A DNA stretch of 64,000 bases from Chrysomallon squamiferum (Eukaryota > Animalia > Mollusca). The notes beneath the pieces were generated by a model. It ran no database searches. It worked only from the letters and a program-made list of their open reading frames with translations, and was not told the origin of the DNA. Each line of letters opens with the position of its first letter. Positions within the stretch are counted from its first letter, which is position 1. Made by a program: the position numbers and the translations under genes. Where the stretch lies: contig CM022675.1 in NCBI GenBank assembly GCA_012295275.1, positions 16,678,001 through 16,742,000 of the forward strand, given 5' to 3'. Below are positions 1 through 13,709 of the stretch, piece by piece.

Positions 1-471
1 CACACACATATATATATATTTTTTTTTTGCATAATCATCGTGGGGGTGGTAATAATATTATTTACATTCGAGTATATTTTTCCGATACAGACTACAGAGA
101 AAATAAAGTCTAGACACTGAAATGTTTTTTTTTTTTTTTTTTTTATTTTCAAACGGAAACATTTGTCAAAACGCAAACAAACAAAAGACATACAAAAGAA
201 AACCCCAAAAAAACAACCAAACAAACAAAAAGACACCCCGAAAAAAAAAAAAAAAAAAAAAAAAAATAAAAAACACGCCCCAAACCTCGCACTAATAGAC
301 TACTGCACCAGTTCACCTTTTTTACTGAACCATTTAGGTGAAAATGAACAACGAACAATAGTTATTTATTACACTGCGAAATATTAATATGGCATATCAT
401 ATTAAAGTCTTTTGAAGCAAAAACAGCTTTTGCCTTTAAATAAAATAAAATAAAATAAAATAAAATAATAA

Positions 472-503
<32 letters not shown>

Positions 504-1067
504 ATAAAAATTGGTCAGGTGTCTGTTTTGCAATGGTAGAAATTCAAAAACAAACACTGAGAATGTTTTCATGCTGCGCTTTATAAACAAGCACTTGACT
601 GCCTTTCTTAACAGGAGAGTTCTCTATTTCGCAGTTCTGAATATAACTCAGATATTTCTCATACATTTCCCAACAAAATAAAGGAAGCCGAAATTTTTCT
701 GATAATACTGACATGAAAACTCCGAAGTGTGAGTTCGTGTAATATTTGCTTGAATAATGAAAATACGTTCACTCACAGATCAGATCCTGGCCAATTGTTT
801 TAAAACTCGGAAATTTTACTTTAGTGAACAGAAGATTTCTTTTAACAATTAACAGTGATAAATACGATGAGCCTAGTGGTTATTTCCATCCAGTGCAGTC
901 TTCACTAACAGGTTGTCAAAAATGTACTTCCTTGTACAAGGGAATATCAATATTAAAGATGTCACATATCGTTAAACAATTTTTTTATTATTTTTTTTTA
1001 TTTTTTTTTTTTACTTTTATAGTTAACACCGGTTACTGAAGCACATGCCTACATGTGTTCAAATGGA

Positions 1068-1114
<47 letters not shown>

Positions 1115-1690
1115 TGGCTGATCTGAAAAGTTTGACAAGCGAAAACGGATTAATACAGTTTTGTGCCAGAAGCAGCAGTTAAAAAAATAAAGATCGAGCG
1201 AAACTTCTGATAAAAAGAGGTAAATCTAAACTGCAAAATTACCCCTAAGCATATAGCTTAGGTGCAGTTTCAACTTTGGATAAATATAATAACTACGAAA
1301 CAGAAACACGAGCTCAAGAAATTATCCGAAAAGACGCGTTGTCGTACTGACCCTAAACCCGTACAGCGTTATTTGACACGACATGAACGGCACACATTGA
1401 AGACGCGATACAAATATTGAAAAATCAAGATGTGTGATGAGATGAAAGAGAAACTCTGGACACGACGACAATGTTGACACTCATAATGAACTTCAGCAGC
1501 TATGGAAACCTGCTCGTATGAGGCAGAGTGAGTTTTGAAACGACGTGTGTTCGATTGTTTACTAGTATTAACAGCTTTTCTTCTGTCAGCTCTGTGGTGG
1601 GACGTCAGAGCGTTCATTTTCTCGTCTAATTTTTCTTTCAATAATAATAATAATAATAATAATAATATGATAATAATAATAATGATTATG

Positions 1691-1735
<45 letters not shown>

Positions 1736-2902
1736 TGATAATAATAATAATGATTATGATAATAATAATAATAAATCCTTAAAAATGATTTAAAAAAATA
1801 ATAATAATAAAAATTAAAAAAATAATAATTAAATAAAAATGATAATAATAATAAAATAAAATAAAATAAATAAATAACAGTAACAACAACAACAACAAAA
1901 AAAAGTTTGTAATCATTCATAATAAATACGTAGAAGCACTGTCAAACACTTGGGTTAATTTACTGATGCTCCAAACTGATGATTAAATTGAAATAAAAAA
2001 ATGTTCTTCACCGTTAACCATATCGATTGTCAAATCTTTTTTACAGCATTACACCATGGTACTGTTTATTTATTTATTTATATATTGAGAGCCGTTATGA
2101 CAACATATCATATAACTTCAGTATTTAATGTGAAAAAGAACAAACAAAATTATCTATAAAATTAATTTTCATTTAAAACAGGCAAAATAAACATCTCATT
2201 TTGGCTTTTCTCTTTGAACGTAAAGATAATCCCCCCTTTTTTCTCTCTCGTTTTCTTTCTTATTTTCTTAAAAAAAAATATATATATAAAATTTAAAAAA
2301 ACAAAATAATAATAATAATTAATTAAAGTTAAAGAAAACTTATTAATTTCTTTTTTATTACTTTTTTGTTTTGTTTTTGTATTTCATTATTATTTCCATA
2401 TAATCCGCACACGTACTAATACAATACTTTTTAGTTTGAGCGAGTCAGAAATCTCGAAGTTAGTAATTTTCACTTGTGTTCCAATAACACTAGGATTACT
2501 TTAGAATAATCATTTTGCTTCTTCTTAATACATTTTTTGTAGTTTGTATGTGACTTCAGGTAATTTGCAGGGTGATAGTTGTAATAGTAGTAATAATAAT
2601 GGTAGTACTAACAGCAATAACAGTAATAGCTTCAAAAAATTATTTTTCTCTTTGGGAAATACAGTTTGACCCTAACTATAATTGTAGATCTTTTGTATTC
2701 AGATTTCAGTGATTAAAAAATATCAAATGGTTCCGAAATTATGAACTTTTTAATACCTAAATTTTTGGTGTTGTTTAGCACAAGTGCCATTTTTAAGAAA
2801 TCTCGATTATTTAAGTTAGTATTCTGAAGTGAGATTGTCTATGTCGTAAATTGTGTTCCAAACAGTCAGTCGTTTTCTTTTGTTTTTTGGCTAACTCTGC
2901 AA

Positions 2903-4689
2903 AGTATATTTACATTTACAGTGAAGCCGAAGTTGCGCTGAATAAAAAATTAAATCTTTGAAATTCATAATTTCACTTCTGCTTGTACTTCATAGCTTTT
3001 ATGCCAAATTAATCACAGGGAAAATATCTAGATGATAAAATACATTTAGAAGGAATAAATTAGAAAATATGAAATTTAATTTTTATGTGGTTCATCTTTT
3101 CTTTTAACAAGTTGTAATATTCTTTGGCATCGAGGTATAATAGTAAAGACTGTAATAATGAAGAAAACGACTCGTTAAGTAATCTTTCCTCGTGAGCGCA
3201 GGGCTCAAAGCACTTTACAGTGAGAACTGTTAAAACGTAATAATAGAATTTACAAAAGTTACAAGTTTCGTGATGTGAATGGAGGAAAAGCTAAATTTCA
3301 CTTGGATAAGATTTAAAAAGTGAGTTTTGAGAAGATTTTTCTGTTAACTTTTTTCAACGTGAGAGTGAACTTTGTGAAGCAAATGTCAAACCTAAGAAGA
3401 AAAACTGAATAAGGAAATTTGTATTGACATATTTTATTCTTTATTATGTATGAAGTATGTTTTGAACACGTATGAAACATAATGCGCTTATTGTGTTTCC
3501 CACTAACACTAACTAAACACACGTACTCTACCTCACTTCTAATATTGTTTCCAAAGGTTTTGCCAAAAACATCAGAATAATAAAATAAAAAGTAAATACT
3601 AAAAGACAAATGAGAAGTTACGTGGTGAAGGGCTGCACCAAACAGTCTGTGACTAAGTGACTTTGATGTTTGTTAACCAAAGTGGTGGAGCAGTCAGACA
3701 GCGTACAAGTAACCAGTTCCGATCATTTGATCCCAGACTTATGAAAACAATGATAATTTTTAGTGACGAACAAGAACCTTCAAAAGAATACAGGAGATGA
3801 ATCACTTTCCGACTAGTGAGTAAATCAGTTTCAATGGCCATGACTTAAAGCATCTTTCGGCAGAAATCACGATCTGGTAACGTCTGTCTTAAGGCGGTCG
3901 ATTCTACGATTTTACCGTTCTTTAAAAGATGAAATATTGCTCTTCTAGTGATATATTTTTGAAAACAAGAAATTTATACATTATATTTTTCATCAAGGTT
4001 TTCCAGCATTTTCGTGTGCCAATGAATTTAAGTTATTTTGTTTTTGGGTGGTCAAGTCTGTTTACAGGAAGAAAGCTCGTTAAACCCTTGTATGAACAAT
4101 GTCTTTTTTTTATACACGTTTGTAGGAATATAGCGAGGTGGCAGCTATCCCAAACCACTTCGACTGAGATTAAAGCCATTTTTCACAAGACAAAGTAACA
4201 TTCGTGCAATCAACATGAAGATAAGACTTAAAATTTTCAATTCATGCAGTTTTTATTCAGATAGCACCTCAACCAGAAAATAAATCAAGCGTTCCAAAGT
4301 CTGTAAAAATAGGTCAAACAGAATAGCGGATCAAAAATAGAGTACCTACTAATAGTAGTAAAATTAGTAATAGTAGATGTAGTTGCTGCAGTAAAATAAG
4401 AGTAGCGGCAGTAGTTGAAGTGATAGTAACATCAGGAGTTGTAGCAGTTATAATAGTAGAGTAATTACAATGATAGTATATTTACATTTACAGTGAAGCC
4501 GAAGTTGCGCTGAATAAAAAATAAAATCTTTGAAAATTTATAATTTCACTTCTGCTTGTACTTCATAGCTTTTATGCCAAATTAATCACAGGGAAAAGAT
4601 GTAGATGATGAAATACATTTAGAAGGAATAAATTAGAAAATATGAAATTTAATTTTTATGTAGTTCATCTTTTCTTTTAACAAGTTGTA
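2903..4689 (+). repeat. Direct repeat pair of ~214 bp (2903-3116 and 4475-4689)
   Basis: Near-identical AGTATATTTACATTTACAGTGAAGCCGAAGTTGCGCTG...TTTTAACAAGTTGTA in both copies. Confidence 0.9.
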
Positions 4690-5402
4690 GCAGTGGCAGT
4701 CGTGGTTGTTGCTGAAAGAGAAAAGGAGTGAAAAAATCACTTATCACGTGATAGCATCTAACATTTGTCTGAAAGCGACCCAATCCATGTACTAGGACTA
4801 GAATGCAATGTCAAATGCGGACATATTTAAAAGCTGAATAATGCACTGATTCCCTGCCGACATTTACAGTTCACTGCCAGCAGCGTATCAGGAACTGGGT
4901 CTTAGTGTACAGACGTTTGCCAGCCAGTCTCACTTGTGAAGATTACATTTATATCCTGTTAGTTGTTTTACTCTTGTGTTTTATTGGCAGTCGCTGACAT
5001 TTGTAATCGGGTTTCTTCTATAAAACAGTTTAGATAAAAGGTGATAAAACGAAGGAAAAATCTTGTTTATGGCTCCGCGATCTGTCTGCTTTCGTTTATG
5101 TCGATGCAAAGTCGTAAACTCTGCATATCATTTCTGGATTCCTCAAGTGCTTTTCTTTTTCTTTCTTTTTTCTTTTTTTCTTTAACTTTTTTTTTTTTAA
5201 ATTATTTTTGTTATCGAACAGAATATATTTATTAGTTTTTATTGTTGTAGTTTTTCTCTGGTATTGCTAATATACACAGTAAATACATTTTGTTTCCTTC
5301 TCTGATATATTTTTATCTGGTTAAGAATATAATGTATTACCTACAATTTATTATTAACTATTGAATATTTTGTTAGTGGCACAAATTATTTCATAACGAA
5401 CG

Positions 5403-5433
<31 letters not shown>

Positions 5434-5440
5434 GTCTCTG

Positions 5441-5489
<49 letters not shown>

Positions 5490-6853
5490 TCAACGTTAGT
5501 TAGTTAGAATGTCTTTACCATTTTCTTTTGGTTGCTGTCACCTTCAGGCAATTGCAGAGTTTAAACAAATCAAGCTACATCCATCATTATTTTAATCGCA
5601 TTATCAAGGTGAATGTGAGCTCTCTACACTAGCAGGCGTTTGTTTGTAGTTCGCGGTGGTCGAGGGCGGTCAAGCGGTATGAACAACACAGAGATTTAGT
5701 TTCAGACATGGCTGACAGCACAGCCTCTCTCGAGAATTTACACAAATTCATCAACCTACCAAGATAGAATGAAGGTTCAGTCATCCGTGAATGAAAATGT
5801 CACTGAATGTGTATCATCATCTTGTTTCTTTTTTTTTTTTTTTTTCTTTTTTTTTCTGTTAGTGAGATCGGAATGAAATAATGTATCAAAATCGCGCATA
5901 CACTAAAGAATAATAAAATCAGAAACTGATAAAATTTACTTATTGGTTAAACTCAACAAAAATCTAAATAAAACAAAGATGAAGAAGAAAATGGAGAAGA
6001 AAAACTAATAACTCCAATGTTAACTGAAGATTCCTTTACGCAAAAAACAAACATGTAGATGGAAGGCTATGTAAATATGTAGTAGGTATAATCAGTACAA
6101 GAATTTGACTCGTCACTGAAATAAACATTTCAATTACAGCATTAATTAAAGGCAGGAATGAAACACTCACAGAATCAAACACAGACATAAACACACACAC
6201 ACACACACACGTACACGTATACCTGCACTTGAACAGGTTAAATACAAAACAGTCTTATAAGCATATCCATGTGAACAGATACATATATAAAAAACAACAT
6301 TCATATCTCAACGTATACTCACATACACATACAGTTTCACTAGCCACACTGATAGTTATGTATTCTGTAAATAAATAAAATAAAGAAATATTTTGGCACA
6401 CAAGTATAATTTATGGTCAGCGCTGAATTACTAAGCAGAAATTTTTGTACCTATTTCAATATTTTAAGTTTATATTTTTAAAAATTTATTTTGAAAAACA
6501 AAAGGTATAAACAAATTGGAAAAAAGAAAGAAAAAAAGAAACAAACATAAATAATGCTTTGTGTCACATGACACATAATTATTAGATTTCAAGGTGTAGA
6601 CTGTAATACAAAACCTTTAATCGTTAACAGTTTTTATTTCATTTTTTATCCAAGATACATACATATAAATGAACCCATTAGCTGTTTTTCCATTTCAAAA
6701 TTTATTTCACGACTGGATTGTTTTTAAAAACCCAGAGTATGTGCTTCCCTGTCTAAGTATGCCTTGCTTGTACGCAGTAAGAATAGCCCCTTGATTTCTG
6801 GTTTCTTTTCTGTTGTAATAACTGATGATGAAATTAAGTTAATGATATAAATA

Positions 6854-6928
<75 letters not shown>

Positions 6929-6948
6929 ATATCTCTCTAATATCTCAC

Positions 6949-7087
6949 CTGACATGGCCCATGATTTGATTGACTCGTACGTGTTGTCTGACTCCGCCCC
7001 CGACTCGTCGTCCGAGGCAACGGAAACAGTAACGTAAGAAGCAGCGTCCGCGTCCATCTTTGCGTGGTACCGTACAGACAGCGCCAT
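6949..7087 (-). CDS. Candidate first coding exon of an unrelated gene continuing toward or beyond the window start
   Basis: GC/CpG-rich island. AGATGGCG start context, open frame MALSVRYHAKMDADAASYVTVSVASDDESGAESDNTYESIKSWAMSG, ending in a strong CAG|GTGAGA donor (phase 1). No downstream exon identified. Confidence 0.45.
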
Positions 7088-7591
7088 CTGTACAGCGTGT
7101 GTGACAGTTATCTACCTTTTCAATCAGTATACAAAGACTTGTTTTCCCTTTATTTTTTTTTTTATTTTTTTTTTTATTTTAGGAATAAATTAACCTTGTT
7201 CACTATGGAAAGTAGAAACTCTTCTGTTTTGACACAAAATGTCTCTTTTGCTATTTTTATTATTATTATTTTTCTTACATCTTTCATAATTCATGTGCTT
7301 TGGAACTTTGACGTGACGATCTTGACGTTATGTCGTAACCAAAATCATCACCATCAGTTAGAACTGAAAGTAAACTTTGTACTGAAACTTGTGAATAATT
7401 CCAAAGAGAAACCTGTGAACACAGCCACGTTGTCTGGAAGCCTACAAACTGAACATTAAAATCATTTTCTGTAATGCCGCCTCACACGCTGGATTTAAAA
7501 CACGTTTTTATCATTTGTCCGGAACAACGTTCACTGAACAGACAGACAATTGTTAGCAGACTGTTCATTCTTATTCTTAAATACTGTCAAT

Positions 7592-7626
<35 letters not shown>

Positions 7627-8176
7627 TGCTGCAATATATTTTAAAATTTCTCTGAAAATACTCACAGATTTGCTTTGATTATTTGCCCATAATTATAACT
7701 TAAAAAATTTCTAGGTCAGTTAATAAAAAAAATTGATACAAATGCTAAATCAGCTCATCAAAATGGAAAATTCTCTTCTTATTATTCTGAATAGCAAATC
7801 CACGAATTCTTCATAGCATGTAAAGTAATATTTTCCTTTTTACGAAATCATAAGATACTCGAGTGTGAAGCTACCGAGTTCCTGTTAATTACATTCACGA
7901 TTGTGATGTGTATATAAACTCGATGTATTTCTTAACACTGTACACTTAGTAAAACTACAGACATCCACGTAACTGTATATTCTCACAGTGTTATTTTAGA
8001 AAAAAACATACAACACTGCATGGAGTATAAAACTACAGGTTTTCACGTAACGATACACACACACAGTATTATTTCAGAGATATAACACCAAATCGCAGGT
8101 AAAATTACAGATATCCACGAAACTGAACACTCATATACACAGTATTATTTTAGAAAAAACACAAAACTGGAATAAC

Positions 8177-8990
8177 ACTGTAGCTTTAACAGTGTATCTG
8201 CAGTGGCACACAGCACAGAGAGGTAAAACTGTAACTTTAACAGTGTATCTGCAGTGCACACAGCACAGAGAGGTAAAACTGTAGCTTTAACAGTGTATCT
8301 GCAGTGCACACAGCACAGAGAGGTAAAACTGTAACTTTAACAGTGTATCTGCAGTGCACACAGCACAGAGAGGTAAAACTGTAACTTTAACAGTGTATCT
8401 GCAGTGGCACACAGCACAGAGAGGTAAAACTGTCACTTTAACAGTGTATCTGCAGTGGCACACAGCACAGAGAGGTAAAACTGTAACTTTAACAGTGTAT
8501 CTGCAGTGCACACAGCACAGAGAGGTAAAACTGTAACTTTAACAGTGTATCTGCAGTGGCACACAGCACAGAGAGGTAAAACTGTAACTTTAACAGTGTA
8601 TCTGCAGTGGCACACAGCACAGAGAGGTAAAACTGTAACTTTAACAGTGTATCTGCAGTGCACACAGCACAGAGAGGTAAAACTGTAACTTTAACAGTGT
8701 ATCTGCAGTGCACACAGCACAGAGAGGTAAAACTGTAACTTTAACAGTGTATCTGCAGTGGCACACAGCACAGAGAGGTAAAACTGTAACTTTAACAGTG
8801 TATCTGCAGTGCACACAGCACAGAGGTAAAACTGTAACTTTAACAGTGTATCTGCAGTGGCACACAGCACAGAGAGGTAAAACTGTAACTTTAACAGTGT
8901 ATCTGCAGTGGCACACAGCACAGAGAGGTAAAACTGTAACTTTAACAGTGTATCTGCAGTGCACACAGCACAGAGAGGTAAAACTGTCAC
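8177..8990. repeat. Minisatellite, 50/51-bp unit, ~16 copies
   Basis: Unit ACTGTAACTTTAACAGTGTATCTGCAGTG(G)CACACAGCACAGAGAGGTAAA, head-to-tail with no spacers. Confidence 0.95.
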
Positions 8991-9667
8991 CACGAATCTC
9001 GAGCTCGTCGTGTTACAAGCCGCGTGCACCAAGCGTTGTCCACTCTTCTCGCTAGAGCTGATGATTTCTCACTGATCGGGTTATCGGCGTTGTGTACCTC
9101 TTTCACAGATGGCTGTCGCGGATGAGTTGCTGTCAAGCAGTGACACGGCTGACGTCGCGCACAAAGGGCGCAGTGTGAGATGTGTTGTTACAACAACACA
9201 CACACACTTGACTCAGCTCGCTTTACTAGCCTTCTCCCACACTGAACATACGTCCTTCAGTGCTCACCACACTCTCTCGCATACGTCCTTCAGTGCTCAC
9301 CATACACTCTCGCATACGTCTTTTGTAATGATCATTTTTGTTCAAAATTGTCCCCACGTTCTCCCATAATTACCATTCATCTAGCAAAACAATGACTGGG
9401 TTTGTCCACGCACGGGTTCTGAAATACTTTTGTTGTTCTGCAAACTTTATTAATTCAATTCATCAATGTTATTAATTTAATTAATCAGTGATAATCTCTT
9501 AATAGTAGATTATACGCTCTGTAGTTTAAATCAATTCCAGCTGATGAAAGAAGCAGAAAAAAAAAAAAAAAAAAAAAAAAAAGAAAAAGAAAAAGTTATT
9601 TAGTGACGCTTTTATCGTATTTTAAAAATACAATTATTAAGCCACCTATACGAAATATACAGTTAAT

Positions 9668-9812
9668 GAGAGAGGAAACCCGCTGCTGATCCTCAGAATA
9701 CTGCTCGTTTTCTGTAAGCAGTAAGGGATATTTTATAAGAAACCGCCCATAGACAGGAGCTGTGTACCACGGCCTTTGATAGGTCATCCGTAGAACATTA
9801 GTTGGAACTGGA
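9668..9812. mobile_element. Diverged copy of a SINE-like dispersed repeat (second, inverted fragment at ~27085-27172)
   Basis: GAGAGGAAACCCGCTG...AGGGATATTTTATA...AGACAGG...ACCACGGCCTTTGATA resembles, from memory only, an abundant gastropod repeat. A related reverse-orientation fragment TATCAAAGGACCTGGTATGTGCTGTC lies at ~27092. Confidence 0.4.
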
Positions 9813-10841
9813 AAGAGATACAATAGACGACAATCGGAAAATTGATCCTGCAACTCATGGTATATAACTGGCGATGTCTTCCTCTTTAACTTTGTGGTCT
9901 GTGCGTCTGTCACTCTGTTATAATATTCTGTACGAACTCTTGATATCTCAGCTATCCACTGACAGTGTAAATACTAATTAACTCACAGCATTCTATATAT
10001 GTTAATGGATTATTAATTGTTTTGTTTTAAAATAATAAATTTAATATTGGTTTAACCTTTATCAAAGAAAGATAGTTGATGAACATAGTCCACTAACATA
10101 AAAATAAGAAAATTATTTAAATATTACATTTGCTACTGATATTATTTTATTTCATAAAAATTCTGTTCATTCTTATAATTAATCTTGGGCAGTTTTTAGG
10201 AAAATATTAAAAATACTACTACTATTGTTACATTAAACACTACAGACTTTATAATCACGTCATAATTACATGTATTCTTTTCTTCTACTAGTTCTTTTTC
10301 TTCTTATTTTTTTATTGTTGTTGTGATGGTGGTGTAGTGGCGGTAGTGATGGTGGTGTAGTGGTTGGTTGTGCATTGTTAGTCCACAGTCTACTTAGCAG
10401 ATTAATCATTTAATCCAGATAGTATATAATTATAATTTTCTAAAAACAATACACAACATTAATCCACATACTGTATACTGTTTTCTGTTTAACTGTACAC
10501 GTGTGAAAACCCCCACTACGTGTAACAAGGGTATCTCATGACAGACATTCGTGACGCTGACAAACACGTCGTTGTTGTGTTTTACCTTGTCGTCTACTCA
10601 GGTGATATCCGTGAATGAAGGTGCAAGCACAGGTGCAAATCTCGTTTGTTTATCAGATTAGATCAAACCTGAGCTTGTTTGTGAGGACGGGTAATTCTTC
10701 CTATGTGGTCGGAAGATCTAAAAATGCACTGAAGTGATTGTATAATATAATTATATCATAGTTATGTAAAAAATGTCAATAATCACAAATATGTGCTATG
10801 AATAATTGTTAATAATTATTTATATATTAAAATACATTGGA

Positions 10842-10889
<48 letters not shown>

Positions 10890-10940
10890 GTGGATTATGG
10901 GATAAGTTAGGTGATACGATTTTAAGACATTAAGAAGATA

Positions 10941-11007
<67 letters not shown>

Positions 11008-11368
11008 TAAAACATATAAAGTTCACCTGTCTCTGTGTATCAGTAGGCAGGTAAATAAAACGAACATTAAAAACTGTTTATTACTGAGTTGTCTGAATCA
11101 GTGCGCGGGCCGCACAGATAACCAGCAAGATCCACACAGCACCTGCGTGGAATTAAATTAAGACCATCACGGAGCCAGTTATCAAGTGCTGTTTGTTTAG
11201 TCAGCGGCTCTTTCCTCTGACAGTTTCTGTCAACTGTGAATTCCAGCTCGTTTTCTACGGCAAACATTGCACACTGTAAGACCTGTCTTTCCTCCACAGT
11301 GCTGAAGTGAAAAAACGAGAAATCTCAACATTTTGTACCGTCTGGAATTTTAGTTTTAACTTTTTTAA

Positions 11369-11402
<34 letters not shown>

Positions 11403-12089
11403 AACTATTGTATTCGTGTGTTTCTCGTTTATGGAGGTGAAAGGGTTAAATTGATTATTCCGTGGAAAGTTGACGTTGAAGTAAAAGCCAACACGTCGCA
11501 GAACGACTTGGGTCACGTCAGACAAGTAATTACGTACAACATTAATTAGATTAAACTTGTTACTGTAAGAAAAAACACACACACACAAAAACAACAAAAT
11601 AAAATAAAATAAAAAATAAATGAGTAAGTAAGTTAGTAAATAAATTAAATAAAAAAATTAAATAATTTTTTTTTAAATGTGTTCTGTATTAGACTAATTC
11701 AGTGTACGTTAAAGTCTGATGTAAGTACAATCATTTCTATGAAAAAGTATTAATTTCTTGTAGGGAATGAACAAAACAACAATAACAACAACATAATATA
11801 AATAAAAAAAGACTGATGGATTACGTCCGAAAATAAAATGTTTCAATTCCCATTAAAAAGGTGTAAGTGTCATTAATTAAAAAAACAAGACAAAAAAAAA
11901 AAAAAAAAAAAAAAAACTAAATGAAGGGAATGTTATTGAAAGAAAAAACAACTATACCAAAAAAAAAAAAAAAAAAAAAAATATATATATAAAACAATTA
12001 ATGAACAATAAACCCACACACAGAAACAACCCCATCCAACAAACAAAAACAACCCAAAAATAAAACAAGAAAAAACTAAAATAAAATAA

Positions 12090-12146
<57 letters not shown>

Positions 12147-12595
12147 CTTAAGGACAACCCCCCAAAAAAAAAAACAATTACAATATAATGAAATAAAACT
12201 AAAGAAAAAAGAATGTAAAAAGGTAGAAAACTAGCTAATAAATATATTTTACTTAATAATTATGATTATTACATCTTACTATGGATGAATAACATAACAA
12301 ACGTTTTTCCCATGATTCTGAAATAACGTTTTTTCTGCCAAGAATTCCACTCTGTGACTGTTTTTATTATATAAATAATTAATTTCACAGCTGACAAAGG
12401 TTTAAATAATAATCTTTAATTAAACCTGTGAAAGTGACATGTGTACATTAGTTATGAGTTGTTGTAGTGGTATGTGATGGAGTAGACAGATATTTCACAC
12501 TGCATAGTGAGATTGAGACACAACATTCTGTACGAGAACAGAGACGTAATTCCTGCACACAATTACAGATATACACATTATAATCTTTGTACACT

Positions 12596-12655
<60 letters not shown>

Positions 12656-13045
12656 AAAACAAATAAGAATGTAAGGTAGATTTTTGTTAAATTAGCCACA
12701 AACTATATTTTCTCACGAGTCTAAATAGCTAATACAGGCCGGGTCAAGTGTTTGTGTAGCCCACAAAAAACCCCGCAAAGGGTCGTTTACAACCACAGGT
12801 GTTAAAAAGCATATTCATTTCACAACACACGCTAACTATTTCTCAAAACTATGTATCAGGAATGTTTACAATTAAATGTGTTTGTCTCATTTGTAGTGAT
12901 CGCACCATAACGCGTTCAGACGTGGCGCCGCAAACCTCGCGGTTGTAGCAGTTCGAAATGTGTAGATTCGACACAAGTAACACCCATGTCACACATATTT
13001 GTTAACTGCCAAATAAATATGAGACAACAAGTATATATTAACATG

Positions 13046-13076
<31 letters not shown>

Positions 13077-13153
13077 ATATTCTTAATTTTTCTTACTTAC
13101 TTCGCATATAATATATAATAAACAAACAACAACAATTATAATAATACAAATTT

Positions 13154-13203
<50 letters not shown>

Positions 13204-13709
13204 CTACTTTAGATAAATAATTATAAAGAGAAAAAACTGCACAGATCCAGTTTTAGAACAGCGAGCGTACAGATTGAATATTTTGTCACTAGCACGGTTA
13301 TCGATCATAAAACAGATCATACTCATTGACCCAACCAATGTGACAGTCCTATCAGCTAAACACATCAGGTGACGTGTTTGCGTCATACCGGATGTAAAGA
13401 CAGAAAAATGAAATACATGTTTATGACATTTTGGCTACCTCAAACAAAAACCCCAATAGAATAAATAAAAGAAGAAAAAAAAAAACGTTTAGAGGTACTT
13501 AATTTTAACTAAATTATATTGCATTATAATAACAGTCTGAATTAAACCAAATTTTGAAATCAGTTTATATATATAAAGAATAAAGTTTAACCTTTTTATT
13601 TGATTTGTTTATCTGTTTGGTGTCTGTCTTGGGCTGATGGTAGGAGAAGCAATTCCCTGCCCATGCAGTTGAACCTTAAAGTTTATTATCTTTGCAGTTA
13701 TTGTATGGG

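Noticed and set aside
8177-8990. CRISPR-like appearance of this and the other 26-53-bp arrays (32123, 44065, 58545, 62378)
   Set aside because: Units are head-to-tail with no unique spacers, there are no cas genes, and the context is eukaryotic with spliceosomal introns.
8287-9055. Cys/His-rich ORFs (MHCRYTVKVTVLPLCAVC repeats)
   Set aside because: Translations of a minisatellite whose 50/51-bp units shift frame; no coherent gene structure.
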